DNA of 64,000 nucleotides, taken from contig CM052816.1 of the NCBI GenBank assembly GCA_028534125.1, forward strand, positions 81,594,001-81,658,000, given 5' to 3'. This DNA is from Lama glama (taxonomy: Eukaryota). The translations under genes and the position numbers were made by a program. The notes beneath the pieces are model-generated. The model was not told the origin of the DNA and made no database searches. It saw only the letters and a program-made list of their open reading frames with translations. Positions 37,701 through 51,151 of this stretch are shown here, piece by piece. Positions within the stretch are counted from its first letter, which is position 1. Every line of letters starts with the position of its first letter.

Positions 37701-40669
37701 TTGTAGCCTTGTCTGTCTCATTTCTCTCCGGCAACACCATATACTGCAGTGAGTTTCATGCAGCCTCTTACACGTGGCCTGAGCCAGATAAAGTGTTGCT
37801 TAAGGAACATCTCAGTGCTCTGAGACCTACTTGGGGAAGTCTAGGACTCGCAGAGGAAAGAGAGGGTCGTTCACAGTTTGGGACAGTGGAGAGAAAAAGG
37901 TACAACTCAGGGGAATCGTGGATGAGTCTCAGTTCCTGCCTGCTTTGGGCTGGTGGTGGGAATAACACAGCTTCTGCATGAACCACACCAGCCTAGACAC
38001 CAGGAATCAGTCATCTGTGAAGTCAACGAGAACCAAGATGTGCAAGCAAGTCTGTGTTCATGAAGGATCTGGAGCGGGCTCTGGGGGCCATACTCCCAAA
38101 GTTCCCACAAGCACCACAAACACCGAGGCTTCTCTCCCTGTGTCCCAAAGTGCAGGAAGGAGGGAGGCAGCTGGGGGCCTAAAAGCTCCTCGTATCTCAA
38201 AGCACACACAGATGGGTCCCTGGGCCTCATCCAGCCCCCAGCCAGGAGACTCCTAGGAGCTCTGTCACTTTGTGTCACGTCTCTGAAATTGCCATGTGGC
38301 CAACAAAGGCGTGTGGTCAAACCTGCTGCTTCTTAGGGCGGCTACCCTGCTTCACAGGTTTGCTTTTCAAAATCTGGCTGAGCATCAGAATGGCCTAGGT
38401 GGCTTCTAGGAATAGACTACTGGGCCCCACCCCCTTGGATCTGCAACTGAGGCTCCCCAGTATGGAGGCTGGAGATCTGAGGGGCAGCCTGAACCTCCCC
38501 TCCCTGCGCAGTTTCACTCACGCCCCAGCGTGGAGCTGCCTGTGTACGTTTGTGCATCAGCCACACACAGCTGTTCCCCTGAGCTGCTGGTGAAGTGCCT
38601 TCACCTCTTCCTTCCAGGACTTTCTGCTTTGCCGTCGCTGCTGCCTTGAGCCATCACGTGATCTGTCCAGGGAAGAACGGTCTTCTCTCTCACAGATTTC
38701 TAGCCCACGAAACGCCAAGGTTCCCGGTAGCCCTGACTTTTATAGATCTACGTACCAGAACCTGCAGCTTCGAGACTCATGGTTCTGTGCTCTCTTCCCT
38801 GGGGCCCTTTTGACTCACTGACATTCCCACCAACTCCCTGGGGATACTCAACCCTTTGTTGTGGTTGATTTGTTAAAAATTCCCTGTTCTAAATTCTCTT
38901 TCTTTCGAAGCTTAACCAAACAAAAAATGAGAAATCTACTCATTTCTTAATGAGGTAGAACCATGAATGTCCTATTTTTAAAGAAAAGGACACTGTGTTC
39001 TCCCCATGCTCTGTGTGGAAAATGTTATCACTGGTATTTGCACCCCAGATGGAAACTCCCAGAAGAGAGTGGCAGACAGGTTTTCTAGTTTGTGGACACA
39101 AACAATAAATGCCTACTATGTACTGTGCCCATTTAGATTTCATGGTGTTCAGGGCGAGACATGGGCAAGTCAGTGGAAGATAACCAAGTCTTATGATGAG
39201 GGGTACGCAGGGGCATTAAGGAACATCCACCTGTCCAACCATTCATCCCTAATCATACAGAGAGCTGACAATGGGCGAAGCCGACATGGGCCCTGCCCCC
39301 ATGGATCGACCCTCTACTCATGGGGGAGGATGACACTAAGCAAACAGGCACAGGTATAAATTGTGTCTTTACAAACCATGTTAAGGGTCATGAAGGACAA
39401 TACAGTGTGTATTACCCGCTGAGGGCCCAGGCATGAAGGGTATGTGTATCTAGGAAGACTTCCTGGAGGAGATGGGCCCTGAACTTAGATAGGTAGGAAG
39501 TCGAAGCCCAAGGAGAAGGAAAGACTGTTGGGGACCCAGAAGCAGACAGAGGACGTCTCTAAGCAGAGGGACCCCAAGACTCAGCAGCAGAGCCCACCCT
39601 CCCCACATAAGCAGCCTGTCTTAATACCCCCTTCTCAAGGCTTTAGGGAAAGAACATTTGCTCCCCTTAGAAAAAGCTCAGGGAGCCGTGAGCCAGTGTC
39701 TCGGCAGGAATACTTCCACTATGTGAAGGTCTGATTTTCTGTCAGACACTAGGACCTCCCTGTTTTAATACTAATCACAAGTCTGCACTCTTGGCATTCA
39801 CTGTTCCTCACATTAGTCTCTAAGTTCAAGTCACCAGGAAAATCTAGCTCAGGTCCCAAACAGGGGACAGTTTCTCACCCAGGACACAGGACACAACCAG
39901 AAACGGCCCCTTTAGATGCTTCAGTAGAAGTCCTCAGTGCCCAGACACTTCTGGGAACAGTGAAGAGCTGCTACTTTCTCAATTATTCAATCAAATAAAA
40001 CGCAAGGGAGCCTCTCCTTTCTCTCCACATACAGAACAGCACATACCCTCAAGGATGCTGGCTTTTCCAGAAGACTAAGTCAGGTTCTCACACCTCAGGG
40101 CCATGCCACCAACCAACCAAGAATCAAACACCAACATCAGACTTACAGAATCGTAAGATCCAGTTCATCTCATCTTTCCTTTTGAGAGATAAGGTCCTTT
40201 ATTCCTTCTTGAGCCCTAATTAACCAAAAGTTCTCCAAGATTTTCCAAACTGGCAATTCCAAAAATGTTAGAACTGATTCCCTTGATGACAAAGGAAGCC
40301 GGATACAGGTCTGCTGATTGATGTGCTAAACAGACCCTCCCAGCTGACCTTTGACAAATGCGGAGTTGGCAAAGACAATCATTACTTCCATTTTTGTTTT
40401 TTTAAATTTTTGTTAAAAATATAAAAAGGGAAAGACAGCCTCCTAATCACTTAAGAAGTTATCTCACCTATTTCACACCTATTTTATATTAAAACTCTTC
40501 TTCCTCTCTTCATTTTAAAAAGAGCCACTCTCTCAGAACACCAGATAATTTTTTTTCCTTAAAAATCTCATTTTTAAAAAGAGGAACTATAATTATTTAC
40601 ACTTGGGAAAGGATATACACTTTCTGGAATAACTAATAATAACATGCCACTCATTTTATTGGAGCGCTC

Positions 40670-40856
40670 TAAAGCTCTCAAATGTTAGCCTGAGTCCAAA
40701 TCACTGGGAAGGCTTATTAAAAACATTTTTAGATAATACCCTCAGAGTTTCTGATTTAACAGGTCTGGAGTGGGACCTGAAGATTTTTATTTCAAACAGA
40801 TTTCCAGGTGCTGCTGATGCTGCTGGCCTAGGGACCACAATTTGAGAACCACTGCT
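40670..40856. mobile_element. MER5A-like hAT-Charlie MITE
   Basis: cagagtttctgatttaacaggtctggagtggg...tttgagaaccactg. Confidence 0.8.
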
Positions 40857-43287
40857 CTACAGACAGCTTAATGACTGAGAAATATGTACCGAGTATGTAT
40901 TGAATACAAGGTACTTCACTGGATACTGGTAGCCCAAAGAGGTATATCTGACTTTAAAAGTTTACAAACTTAAGTATTTTCATTCTTCTCCTACAGAGAT
41001 ATGCAGCAGCAAGTAAACAGAAAACAGCAGATGCTAAACGCGGGGTGAGCAGCAATTGGCAGATTTAGGAGAGTGTCAGGAGAGCGCTACTTGTGTGCAT
41101 GCACATGTGTGTCTGTGTGCACATGCGTGTTTAGGGCTGTGGGAGCATATCCAGGTGTCAGGGCATCACGGACAGGCTGGGGCTGACGGCCTTCCACGTT
41201 AAAGAGTTGTGACTTTGACTTCGGTGTGATTGAGAGCCACTGAATGACTTCAAACTAAGTGGCACGGTCAGATTCTCTTTTAAAAATGGTCACAGCAGAG
41301 CAGAAGACAAAGCGGCAAAGAAAGACTTGGGAAAGAGTGACCAATCAGGTGGATCAGGACCACAGTTGGTCTAGGGGAGGGGACCAGACTCATGTCTTTC
41401 TGAGACCAAACTGTCAGTCATTAATATTGGATGTGGTGGTGGGTGGGAGAGGGAGAGCCCTCTCTCTGCAGCCAGACCCCACTGAGATGGATGACAATTA
41501 TGCAAAGGACTGTGGGATGTCACTGTCCCATTTTCTTTTTCCTGACTGTAGTCCTCACACTTGATATTCACCATACGGTTCTACTGTAAGCGTGGCTGGA
41601 GCTTTTTAAAAGGAAGATCTCATTGCTGTTTACTGTGGCCATGAAAAACAAATCATAAAGGTGCTCACGGCAGATCCTTAGCATTTGTATTACTGTTGCT
41701 CCATCTAAGTGCTCGGATCATCTGCAACTTACAGGTACAAGAAAAGTCAATGCGAGAGTGGAACTTGGCAGCAGGTTTAATCATTATCATCTGGGAAATA
41801 AAAGGCTTTATGACTTAGCTGATAAAACAGTACCAGGTTTCTTTCATTTAAGTGGTTCATTAGTGTTTAAAAAAATGATAAAACAGACTTGGATTGTAAA
41901 CACAGAACCAAAAAGAAATTTTTTTTTCTCTATAGTTCAGCACCTTTTAGAAGGCCCAGTGGGGAAGACCCTGGGCAGATTATGAAGCTGGGAAAATGTC
42001 ACGTGCCCATTTCCTGGCCTTGCAGGGTTCTGTCCAGGCCCAGATCTCCTGGCTTGAAACCAGAGCTCAAGAGAATGGCTGACAGATGATGGGCGTTCAG
42101 GCAAGGCTGACGCGTCTCCTCCTCCATGATGCTTTGTGAGGGGGCTGGAATGGAAGGGGGAGTGGGGCGAGGGGGTGTCCAGGGCACAGAGAAGGCAGAA
42201 CTACCTGTCAAAGCACGTTCAGTGCTGGTTTCTCCACCGATGATGTGCGTATGAGAGTCAGGGTGACATGATGGGGAAACCCAGAAATCCAGCACTGAAA
42301 CGTGTACTTGGGGGAACTACTGCTCACAGTCATTTGTTTCTCCTTAAAGGCAACTTCACGTTTCCCAAATACAGTGTGTTGACAGAGCACGTTGAAATTC
42401 CTTTGGCAAAATTGTAATGATAAGCATATACAACAATCTGTGATTAATTGGCGCACTTTTAAAAGATAATGCTCTTGTTGATAACGAGACCTGGACACTG
42501 CGCAAAATGAAAACGAGTATAACCTCTCTGGAGAAGACCTCGAACTGAGCGATGCTCCTGCTACAGGCTGTTCAGACAAATGAGAAAATGAAAACTGTGC
42601 ACCGAGCTACATGGACAAAGATGATCTATATAGAATTCTTTACAGTTTTGAAAAAAATTAAATATACTTGTGATTGATGTAAATGGAATTTATGGTAGAA
42701 AATTAGTAAAATAAATTATGGCACACCCAGGCTATGAAATATTAGCCATTATAAATCATGTTTTAGAAGACCCTTTCATGACATGGGGAAATGTTCGTGA
42801 TTATATTACCGAGATCACAGCAAGTTTCAGAAGTATGTTACTATGTGGTGAATTAAAAATCCTTATGTGCTTAAGGAAAAAAATCGAGTAGAAAGGCATA
42901 ACAAAATGTTAGAGACGGCTATCTCTGACTAGTAGGATTACGGGTGATTTGCATTATTTTTTTTTTTTTCAGATCAAAAACCACTTATGCAGTGGAAACA
43001 TTGCTTTTATAATCAGAACAACTCATTTAACTGATAACTTAATAATAAATTTATAAAAAGCAATATGAATTTATAAAACTATAGTAAGTTTAAATTATAA
43101 TTAAAAAACACATAATATATAACATATAATGGCCCATTTATCAAAGCCATATTTAGTGCAAAAAAATTCCTAGACACATAATTCCTTGGAGTTTTTGTGA
43201 GAGATTATGAATTATTAAATTAAAAAAAAATGTAAGGACCATAATCTTTCCACAGACTACTGTGCCACATAAATGGCTTTGGGCCTT

Positions 43288-43442
43288 TTTGTTTTTTCTT
43301 TCTTTGTTTTTGAGGGAGGAGGTAATTAGGTTTATTTATTTATTATTATTATTTTGTTTGACTGGAGGTACTGGGGATTGAATCCATGACACCATGCATG
43401 CTAAGCACGGGCTCTACCACTGAGCTATATACCCTTCCCCCC
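43288..43442 (-). mobile_element. tRNA-derived camelid SINE (Vic-1 type), long form
   Basis: ctctaccactgagctata head on the minus strand; imperfect TSD tggct(t/c)tgggc. Confidence 0.9.
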
Positions 43443-45922
43443 AACTGGCTCTGGGCTTTATCAGAGGAGGTGCAGGTGGGCTGCAGCCTTCTCCTCTCTT
43501 TAAATCCCGAGCTTCCTGAGCTCTGCATTGAGTCTGGCTGAGTCCTCCCAGGGCACAGTTGCTGAACGGTGGGATCCTGCTCAGGCGGGGGAGCTCTCCA
43601 GACTGTGGGCACATGAGGGGAGAGCCCGTGGGCTGGCGCCGGGCTGGAGCACCGTGTCTGGTGGGAAAAGGTGGGAATATCGGAGTCAGGCTGGAGATGA
43701 GGAGTCTGCCGGCCAGACCACACAGACACCATCCCCTTCTAGGCAGAGGGTGACTGCTGTGCGTACAGAGAGCAGAGAGTACCTGGGGCTGGGGTGTCAC
43801 AGGGAGGAAGAGTGGGTGGGCTTGGAGAGGCCTGGGCCTTGAAGGATGGGCAGACAACAGTGGGGGAAGAGACACAAGACGGTCAGCCTGTTCAAGGCTT
43901 ATTCAGGGAGACTCTCTGTAGGTCACTCCCGTTGGGGCCGGAATGTGGATATCACCCCATCAGCCCTCGGAGGCTGCCATGATGCAGTCAGCTATGGGGA
44001 GTAACCATGTTTACGGTGGATAAACCTAGTTAAATTTTGTTGTCAATTTTTTCTTTAGTTTCAGATGAATGCTTGTTCTGTTGTTTGTTTTTAAATTTAT
44101 TTACTAATAACTTAACACCAGAGGGACTGGCTAAATTCTAGGGATTCACTGGGAATCCAAACCAATCATTGCATTTCCACATCCCATGGAGTTCACAGTT
44201 GGATAGGAGAAACAGATCTTAATCAAATAATCACAAATCTAAATGTGATGAGCAGGTCACAGGAAGGCCGCAGGGTCTTGGTATAAGGGCTAAGAGACAA
44301 CACAGATAGGATATATTCAGGACGTTTCTCTGAGGAAGTAACATTAGGGACCCAAAACATGAATCAGAGACAGGCAAAGAGGATTCCAGAGAGACAGAAT
44401 AGCATTTGCAAAGGTCCTGTGGCAGAAAAACGTGCAGTCATCATGAGGGACCGCAGGAAGGGCAGTGTGGTGGCTGCACGGTGAGCTTGGTGTGAGGTGA
44501 AGTCACAGAAGTAGGCAGGGGGTCAGCCATGGAGGCAGCAGGGGTCATGAACATTAGTATAGTCTCTATCCTTACTAAAAGTAAAATTAAGGAAAAAAGT
44601 AAAGATAAAGTGGCTATTGAATGGTGTCATAACACAAAGAGATGGGAATAATCACACAGCTGTCTTTAAATTGCTCATTTCAACTCCATCCATTCAGCTC
44701 TGGTTTACCTGCCTCACAGCTTAGTGTTCTGAGAAAGCTCTCCTTTGAGAGAAAAGCAGCTGGAACAGCATTTGAAATCAACAGTGGGGCTGTACAAGGC
44801 CTCTGGGCAAATTACAAAAAGTCACCCCTTCTTCAAGATGTTTTCCTTCTTTTACTGGAAAATTGTCCTAATGGACTGATTTTATTAGAGCCAAGCTCTT
44901 TACTGCCATCTTCCAGAAAACTGTCATCATAAATATAAAAGCCTATGATATTCATAATGTAAATGATGCTCCCATTAGGTGGGGGTACATTTGTGCAGTC
45001 CACAACCTGCACAACCATACCCAGTGGCCCTGGAACTCCAGTGACTAAAAAGAAAGGGGAAAAGTAACTTTGTCTTCCTTAAGTTAAAATAGCATATTGT
45101 ATAAATGTGATAAGAGATACATTTTTTTTCCCTAAGGCCTAATTATAAGCAAGACTAATTTCCCAATGCTTACCCATGCTGCCTAGGTTCACTGCTGGTG
45201 GGAAGGAGTAAGGATTCCAAACAGCAGAAAGAAGGCACCCTCCCCAGGGCTGGTTGGACAGGGAACAACAGCTAACAAGGGTTTACACTGAAAACGATGC
45301 ATCTGTCAGATCTGAGATCCAGAGAGGAAACCACAGAGCCGCATGGCAACCACAGTTAACCACAAGCCCTTGGGACTCAATGCCAGGCCACGAGTGACAG
45401 CAGACCGTGAAGGTGTGATGTGTTACAGGCAGTGTAAGGAAGAGCTACGAGCCCAGTAAAACTCTTAATTTGATTAAAATCAGAAGCCATAACTGTGTAA
45501 CTTCGCCTGAATGGGTTTGGTGTTATTTTAACATTCCACTTTCAACCAGAAATCGCCACTTTCAACCAGAAATCTCTAAGTTTAAATCTACAAACAACTT
45601 TTCAAACACGCTATCAAGCAGCAGCAATAAAACCCTGGTATAGATTATTAGACATCCTAGAAACTGACAGACACACTGAACTTAATACCCTGTTGCTCTC
45701 TTATCCTGTTTACAGTGTCCATTTTTTTTTCTTAAAAGTATTATCCTCATAGATTTTTGTGGGTGATTCTGACAAAAAAATAAAAAGATGCACCGTGGTC
45801 CTCTCCCATCCTGGTCTCCATCACACTATCCATCTCAAGTTTTTATCTCTGGCCCTGGCGCCCATGTCTTCGGGAAAACATCATTCTAGCAGAGCAGCCC
45901 GGGGAACCCCAGGCACACTTAC

Positions 45923-46078
45923 TGTTCCCTGGACAGAAGACGAGCCGGCTCCTTCGTCCTCTTCCCCGTCTGGCTCCTGGTCTTCGTTGTCAGTCCAGGA
46001 GGACACGTCCTCTACTGAGCTGGTTAGATCAGGCAAGCTCTTAGATGTTAACCGGAGGAGGTCCTCTGCAGAGCCTTC
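45923..46078 (-). CDS. PDZD2: PDZD2 coding exon (~exon 6, 156 bp): EGSAEDLLRLTSKSLPDLTSSVEDVSSWTDNEDQEPDGEEDEGAGSSSVQGT
   Basis: Translated by hand (not in the ORF track on this strand); acceptor ccctgtag|GAA, donor ACA|gtaagt; matches recalled human sequence. Confidence 0.95.
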
Positions 46079-49000
46079 CTACAGGGACAGAATCAAAGGC
46101 CCACAAATTACCCCATGGCATCAAGGTCAAGGAAAACGTAACAGAGTCAACTGTGGGTGGTCACATGCTCCCAATCCAAAGACTATATGGAATGTATGTT
46201 CCATACTTCCAGGTTTGCAAGGTTACCTCAAATGTCAGGGGTATGGACCCAAAGCAGTTTTTTCCCCCTGCTGAATCTATGCTTCTTAAATGAATGTTTC
46301 TCTGGGCAACCTAAGCTCCCTGAACTTAAGATCCTTTGAGGCCCTGCCCTGTCTCACTTTCAGGATATAGTTTAAACCCCGTCATTGACAGGCCAACATC
46401 TTAGAGACGTAGCTTGCCAAGCTACCCTCCTCCTTCATCCTCTCCTCCAACCCACCCCCTTCCATTCAAGCCACCGTGACTTTCAAACACTCCAGGCTCA
46501 CCCCTCCTCTGCTGACTTTTCCATCAGCAGCTCCCTCTGCCAAGACCACTGGCCTCTTTGGGCAAATCTTGAGCATCCTCTCCTGCAAGCCTTCCTGAAT
46601 CTCCTCTGGAGGCATTCCATCTGCCCCTCCTTTCTTCTCTAACATCCTCTGCTGGTTATCGCCTCGCTGGGTGTGTCTCACTCGTCTGTCTTCCCTGCTT
46701 GTATGTGAGCTCTCCAAACTTCACATCACTTCTACACAGCGCTGTGTCCCCAGGTCTGGCTCAGAGCTCAAATATCCATCACATCCTCCCCTCTCCCATC
46801 ATTCAGCTCACAAGCCTATGTTCTTTAGAAAGAGATTAGACTGTTTATTGAATCACAATGGCAGAGACTGATAATGTCTTTTCAACGAGAGCAACCCTTG
46901 CACAACTTTTGAAGGTCAACAAGAATACGTGGAGTCAGAATCCATTAAGAGCAGACTCTGAAAGGGGCTTCATCCACACGGCCTTCCCTCCTCTACACAG
47001 ATAAGGTCAGGACGGTTGTGGGAGGCAGGTGAGATCAGTGAGGCCACGTGACATTCCCAGAGACAAATGAGGTGCACACAGGAGCCAGGAGCTCTCCTGG
47101 GAAATGACACAGAACTCAAGGCCAGGGACGGGGCTCCAGGGCTGATCTGAGGCCAGAAAAAAGAGCCGTGTGTCCTCAGCTCCTTCCCCCACCCCAGCAA
47201 TTTCTACAAGGAAGGAAACAGGTGGAAAGTTTTGATCATCATATTCCTTCGGGGTGGACAGAGAAGAGAACAAAAAATACCCATCTTATAAAAAGGACGT
47301 TACAAACTATTAGTGAGTTGGCACCTGGTGACAGTGACATTTGTTACTAGTTTGAGGTAGATTCTCCCTTCAAGGTACCTGAAACTCATTCATTTTTGAA
47401 CAGTAATGGTGAAGACTGTACTTTTAGACCTTGCCTGAAGAAAGGAAAAGAGTCATTAAAGAAAAAGTGAATTGAGTCCTCTTCAGTGATGTCAGTTCTG
47501 CTCAAGCATGAATAGAAAAGAGTTTAAAAAAAAAAGAAATGAAGGTCCCAACTGCTGGGTAAGCCTCCCCACAGCCATGGGACAGAATACTCCACAGTCA
47601 TTAAAAACGGTGCTATAGAAATGGGCTTCCTGGCGTGGAAAGAGTTCTTACAGAATGCTGCTTAGTGAAAAGGCAGGTTAAAAATAACATGTCATAACCA
47701 TATTAATAGCAGATGTAATAACGAACTGGATGTAATAATATGTGATAACCATAAAGGCAAACATTCCTCCACGTGCTCACTGTGACCAACTACATTGTTC
47801 AGAGCCTTTCATGGTTCATTTACTCTTCCTAACATCCCATCAGGTAGTTACTGATTCTCATTGTACAAGTGAGAAGACAGAGATTGAGAGAGATATGGTA
47901 ACTTGCTCAAGATACACAGCTTTTAAAAGGTGGCGCTGGCACTTAAATCCTGGTGGGACAGCCTCCAGGTACACTCTGCCTCCCTGTGTTTGATTCCATT
48001 TAAAATAAAACGCTGTGTGTTTTGCACACACGTACGTGTTCCTGTCTGGAAGGACACGCCAGTTAATGGGTAGTACTATTGGCAGAATTACAAAGATTTT
48101 ATCTAGTTTTTCTTCTGTATATTTTTTTCTGGGTTTTCATTAGATATAATAAATACATATTCCTTGTTAATAAAAACCAAGAGTGAAAAAAAAACCCAGC
48201 ATGAGAGAAATCTGTACTGCTATGCGTGCACTTCTAGGAATATCGAAACGAACTTGGATATCCTGAGTTTTATTCATTCAACAAGGACTTTCTAAGCTCC
48301 TCTGTATACACAAACAACTCACTTGTGTGGAAACGTGAAACACCACAGGAAAGTAACTGCTGTGTTTCCAAAAACAATGCCTTGACGTCTTGTGACCAGG
48401 TGACTGTTACCTACAATCATAATTTATATTTTTATCATTCCTTATATTCAGCAAGTCAAAAGTTCTTTTTCTCTTCTCCCTCTCCTCACACGTTAAGACA
48501 GAAATGAAGTCTGTCAATGACTTGCTCTTGTGGGATAGAGAGGAACAGCTGTCAAGAGGTGCCTAAGGACTGACTTCTCTTTTCTCCTCCGTGGATGAGC
48601 CCCTTGGATGGTGTGGATTAAGTTGGGGAACAAACAGCAGGCAGCTGCTGCAGCAGAGCATCGCCCAGCTGTAAATACAGCACATGGCAGCAGTGAAAGG
48701 TGTCACTCCTCTCAGCGCTGGGTCAGACTTAGGGCCGTAGCTCAGGACAGACAGCCAAGAGCCAACGGACTGAGAACGAGAATGGACACCCCATTCCTTG
48801 GCCCTGGATGTTGTTGGCCCTACAAAGACCCTAGCAAGTGTCCCTAAATGCCAAAGCCTCTGGCAGGAAACACTACCGTTTTCTAACTCCATTGGTTCCG
48901 GGCAGCTTGGTGTCTGGGAAGAAGCACAGAATTCCACAGTCCAATGGACCCAGGGTGAAACCTGCTCCTGCCTCCCACTGCTTCTGTGACCTCTGGGCAA

Positions 49001-49428
49001 ATTAATTAACCCCTTAGATTTTAATTTCATCCTTTGAATAGAAAGAACTAATAGCTCTCTCATGGGATTATTTTAAGAATTAAACGAGCTAGTAGGTGAG
49101 AAGCACCTGGCACCCAGTGGGCACCTGATACACGTGTCTTTGTTCCTTCAAGCCAGTGAGTGAGATGTCGGTCAGGCAGCAAGGTCTGTTTTCAGAAATC
49201 TCATGGGTGCCTTTTCATTATGGCTTTTCCTACGAGTGGCCGTTTTTGGTTTTTATTTTCTGTTTTCTTTGTGGATAATGGCTGACGTAGAAGAGATTTC
49301 TCTTCCCCATTTTCCAAACTAGGAGGAGACAGAAGTCAGCATAGAAATAAAGGTTTGGGGGACGTGATATAATGTCTGCGTTCTTAAGCTGCAGACTGTG
49401 GGGAGGTGGGCCATGCAAATATATGACT

Positions 49429-49503
49429 CTGTGTGTGTGCACATGGATGTGTGTGTGTGTACGTGGATGTGTGTGTGTGTACGTGGATGTGTGTTTGTGT
49501 GTG
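49429..49503. repeat. TG-based minisatellite, 20-bp unit acgtggatgtgtgtgtgtgt, about 3.5 copies
   Basis: Directly visible tandem periodicity. Confidence 0.9.
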
Positions 49504-51018
49504 GAAGAACCAATAACACATTTCAAACTCCCAGCACATCTGGCCCAATGAGGAACTTGCTTCTCCTTCCCCCGTTGTGTTTCCCTCCTTGTGCGATTCA
49601 CCAGGCTGATGGAGAACATCCCTGGCTTTGCCTCCTTCCCCAGCAATAGGGAGGAGATGCCGGGTGCCCCACAGCACCTCTGGGAGGGGAGGAGGGGGCC
49701 TGCGAACGGAGAATGTCTCAGCTCCTGCCCGCAGGGCCTCAACGCCAGCTCCTCCTGCCGAGTCTTTGCCGAAGTTCTGTACTCTTACTGGCAGCCTGAG
49801 AGTCTAGTCAAGGACTTAGGGTCAATGGTGTAAAGGGAAGAAAGCAGGTTTTTCAGATAGCCCAAAATACTTTTCTAATCTATTTATTAAACACTCCCCA
49901 AATGGGCAACAGACCTTGCAGTCTAAGAAGGAAATATATAAAACCTGCAGATGCTAGATTCAAAGGTAACATCAGGGGTGATGGGGGGAGAAATTAGCCG
50001 TCTTGGCAGGAGCGTGTTGACGTGAAGGTGTCAGGGCCGGCGGCCTCACACCACCAGTTCTCCCCTGAACTGGAACTGGGAAGAACCGGAATGCAGTGGC
50101 TCCCCTTCACTAGCTCCCCAGTCCTCTGGGCCCTTTCGCGGCCTCACCAACAGCACCACGAGTCTGCAGAGCAGAACCAGAGAGCCCAGTTCCTCCTCCT
50201 CCTCGCCACACCGCTGTGGGGTCCTGCCGCCTGGACCCAGTGCTCTAAGGCCGGCGAGAAACCCCGGGGAGGACCCCGGGCCTCGGCGCTATTTTCACAC
50301 ACTCCGGGGTGGGGGTGGAAGAAGCCCCAGCCCGAGGCCTCGTGAAGAAGAGGTGGCAGCGAGACGGAGGGGAGCGACAGACAGACGGACAGCGCTGCGC
50401 ATCGAGAAATGACAGCATCAGGGCCCCCTCGAGATGGGAGCCCCCACCGAAGCTCTGCCCTGCTGGGCCATGTGAGGAGGAAGAAAGGGACAGGGGTGAC
50501 TGGACAAACAGGATTCCGAGAGGCCATGAGTCAGAGCCAGGGCCTGCAGCCGGCCCACGGCCAGCCAGAACCTTCTGCCCTCAGGCCCCGGAAGACGCCC
50601 ATCTCCATGCCCCTCCCCAGTCCTTGCTGTCCCCCAACAGCCACGTCTCCTCCTTGGTCTCCCCGCGCCCCGGGGGCGGTTGCTACTCTCTACCCCCAGT
50701 CCTTCCTCCCACCCTACCATTCTTCCCTTTTCTTTAGTCCTATTATTGTTTTTTGCTTTTCCATCTCCTGGATATACCTATAAAGACCCTTAAAGGAGAG
50801 CAAGATAATTAAACGCCCTTCAGCTAAGGGCCTCTTGTGGGCTTGCGCTGTATAATCTTGGGTACTTGAATGGCCCGAGGTAAACACAAGTACACATGTG
50901 TGGGGGTGTGAGGCGGTGGCGGGGTGGGGGTGGGGGGCATCTCTGGGGAGGGCTCAAAACCAAATTCACTACCACCACCATTTAAAAGAGTTTACAAAAC
51001 AAAACAAAAACTACCTAC

Positions 51019-51151
51019 CTTGCTGGCCACCACCAGCTGAACCACTCCGGTGGCGGAGCGAAGGATGGCCACAGCTTCCTCGTGGGAGAGACCGACTAGC
51101 AAGTGACCATTGATTACCAGGAGCTCATCTCCTAAGGACAGTCTGCCGTCC
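51019..51151 (-). CDS. PDZD2: PDZD2 coding exon (~exon 5, 133 bp): second half of PDZ2, DGRLSLGDELLVINGHLLVGLSHEEAVAILRSATGVVQLVVASK
   Basis: Classic PDZ GD-x-L-x-x-NG motif; acceptor tttcctcag|G, donor AAG|gtaggt. Confidence 0.97.

Noticed and set aside
45759..46274. 171-aa plus-strand ORF (also the plus-strand ORFs over other exons)
   Set aside because: Antisense shadows of PDZD2 exons with no recognisable protein similarity.
49230..49742. His/Thr-rich ORFs and a short repeat array (CRISPR-like?)
   Set aside because: Caused by a TG minisatellite; there are no unique spacers or cas genes, and the context is eukaryotic.
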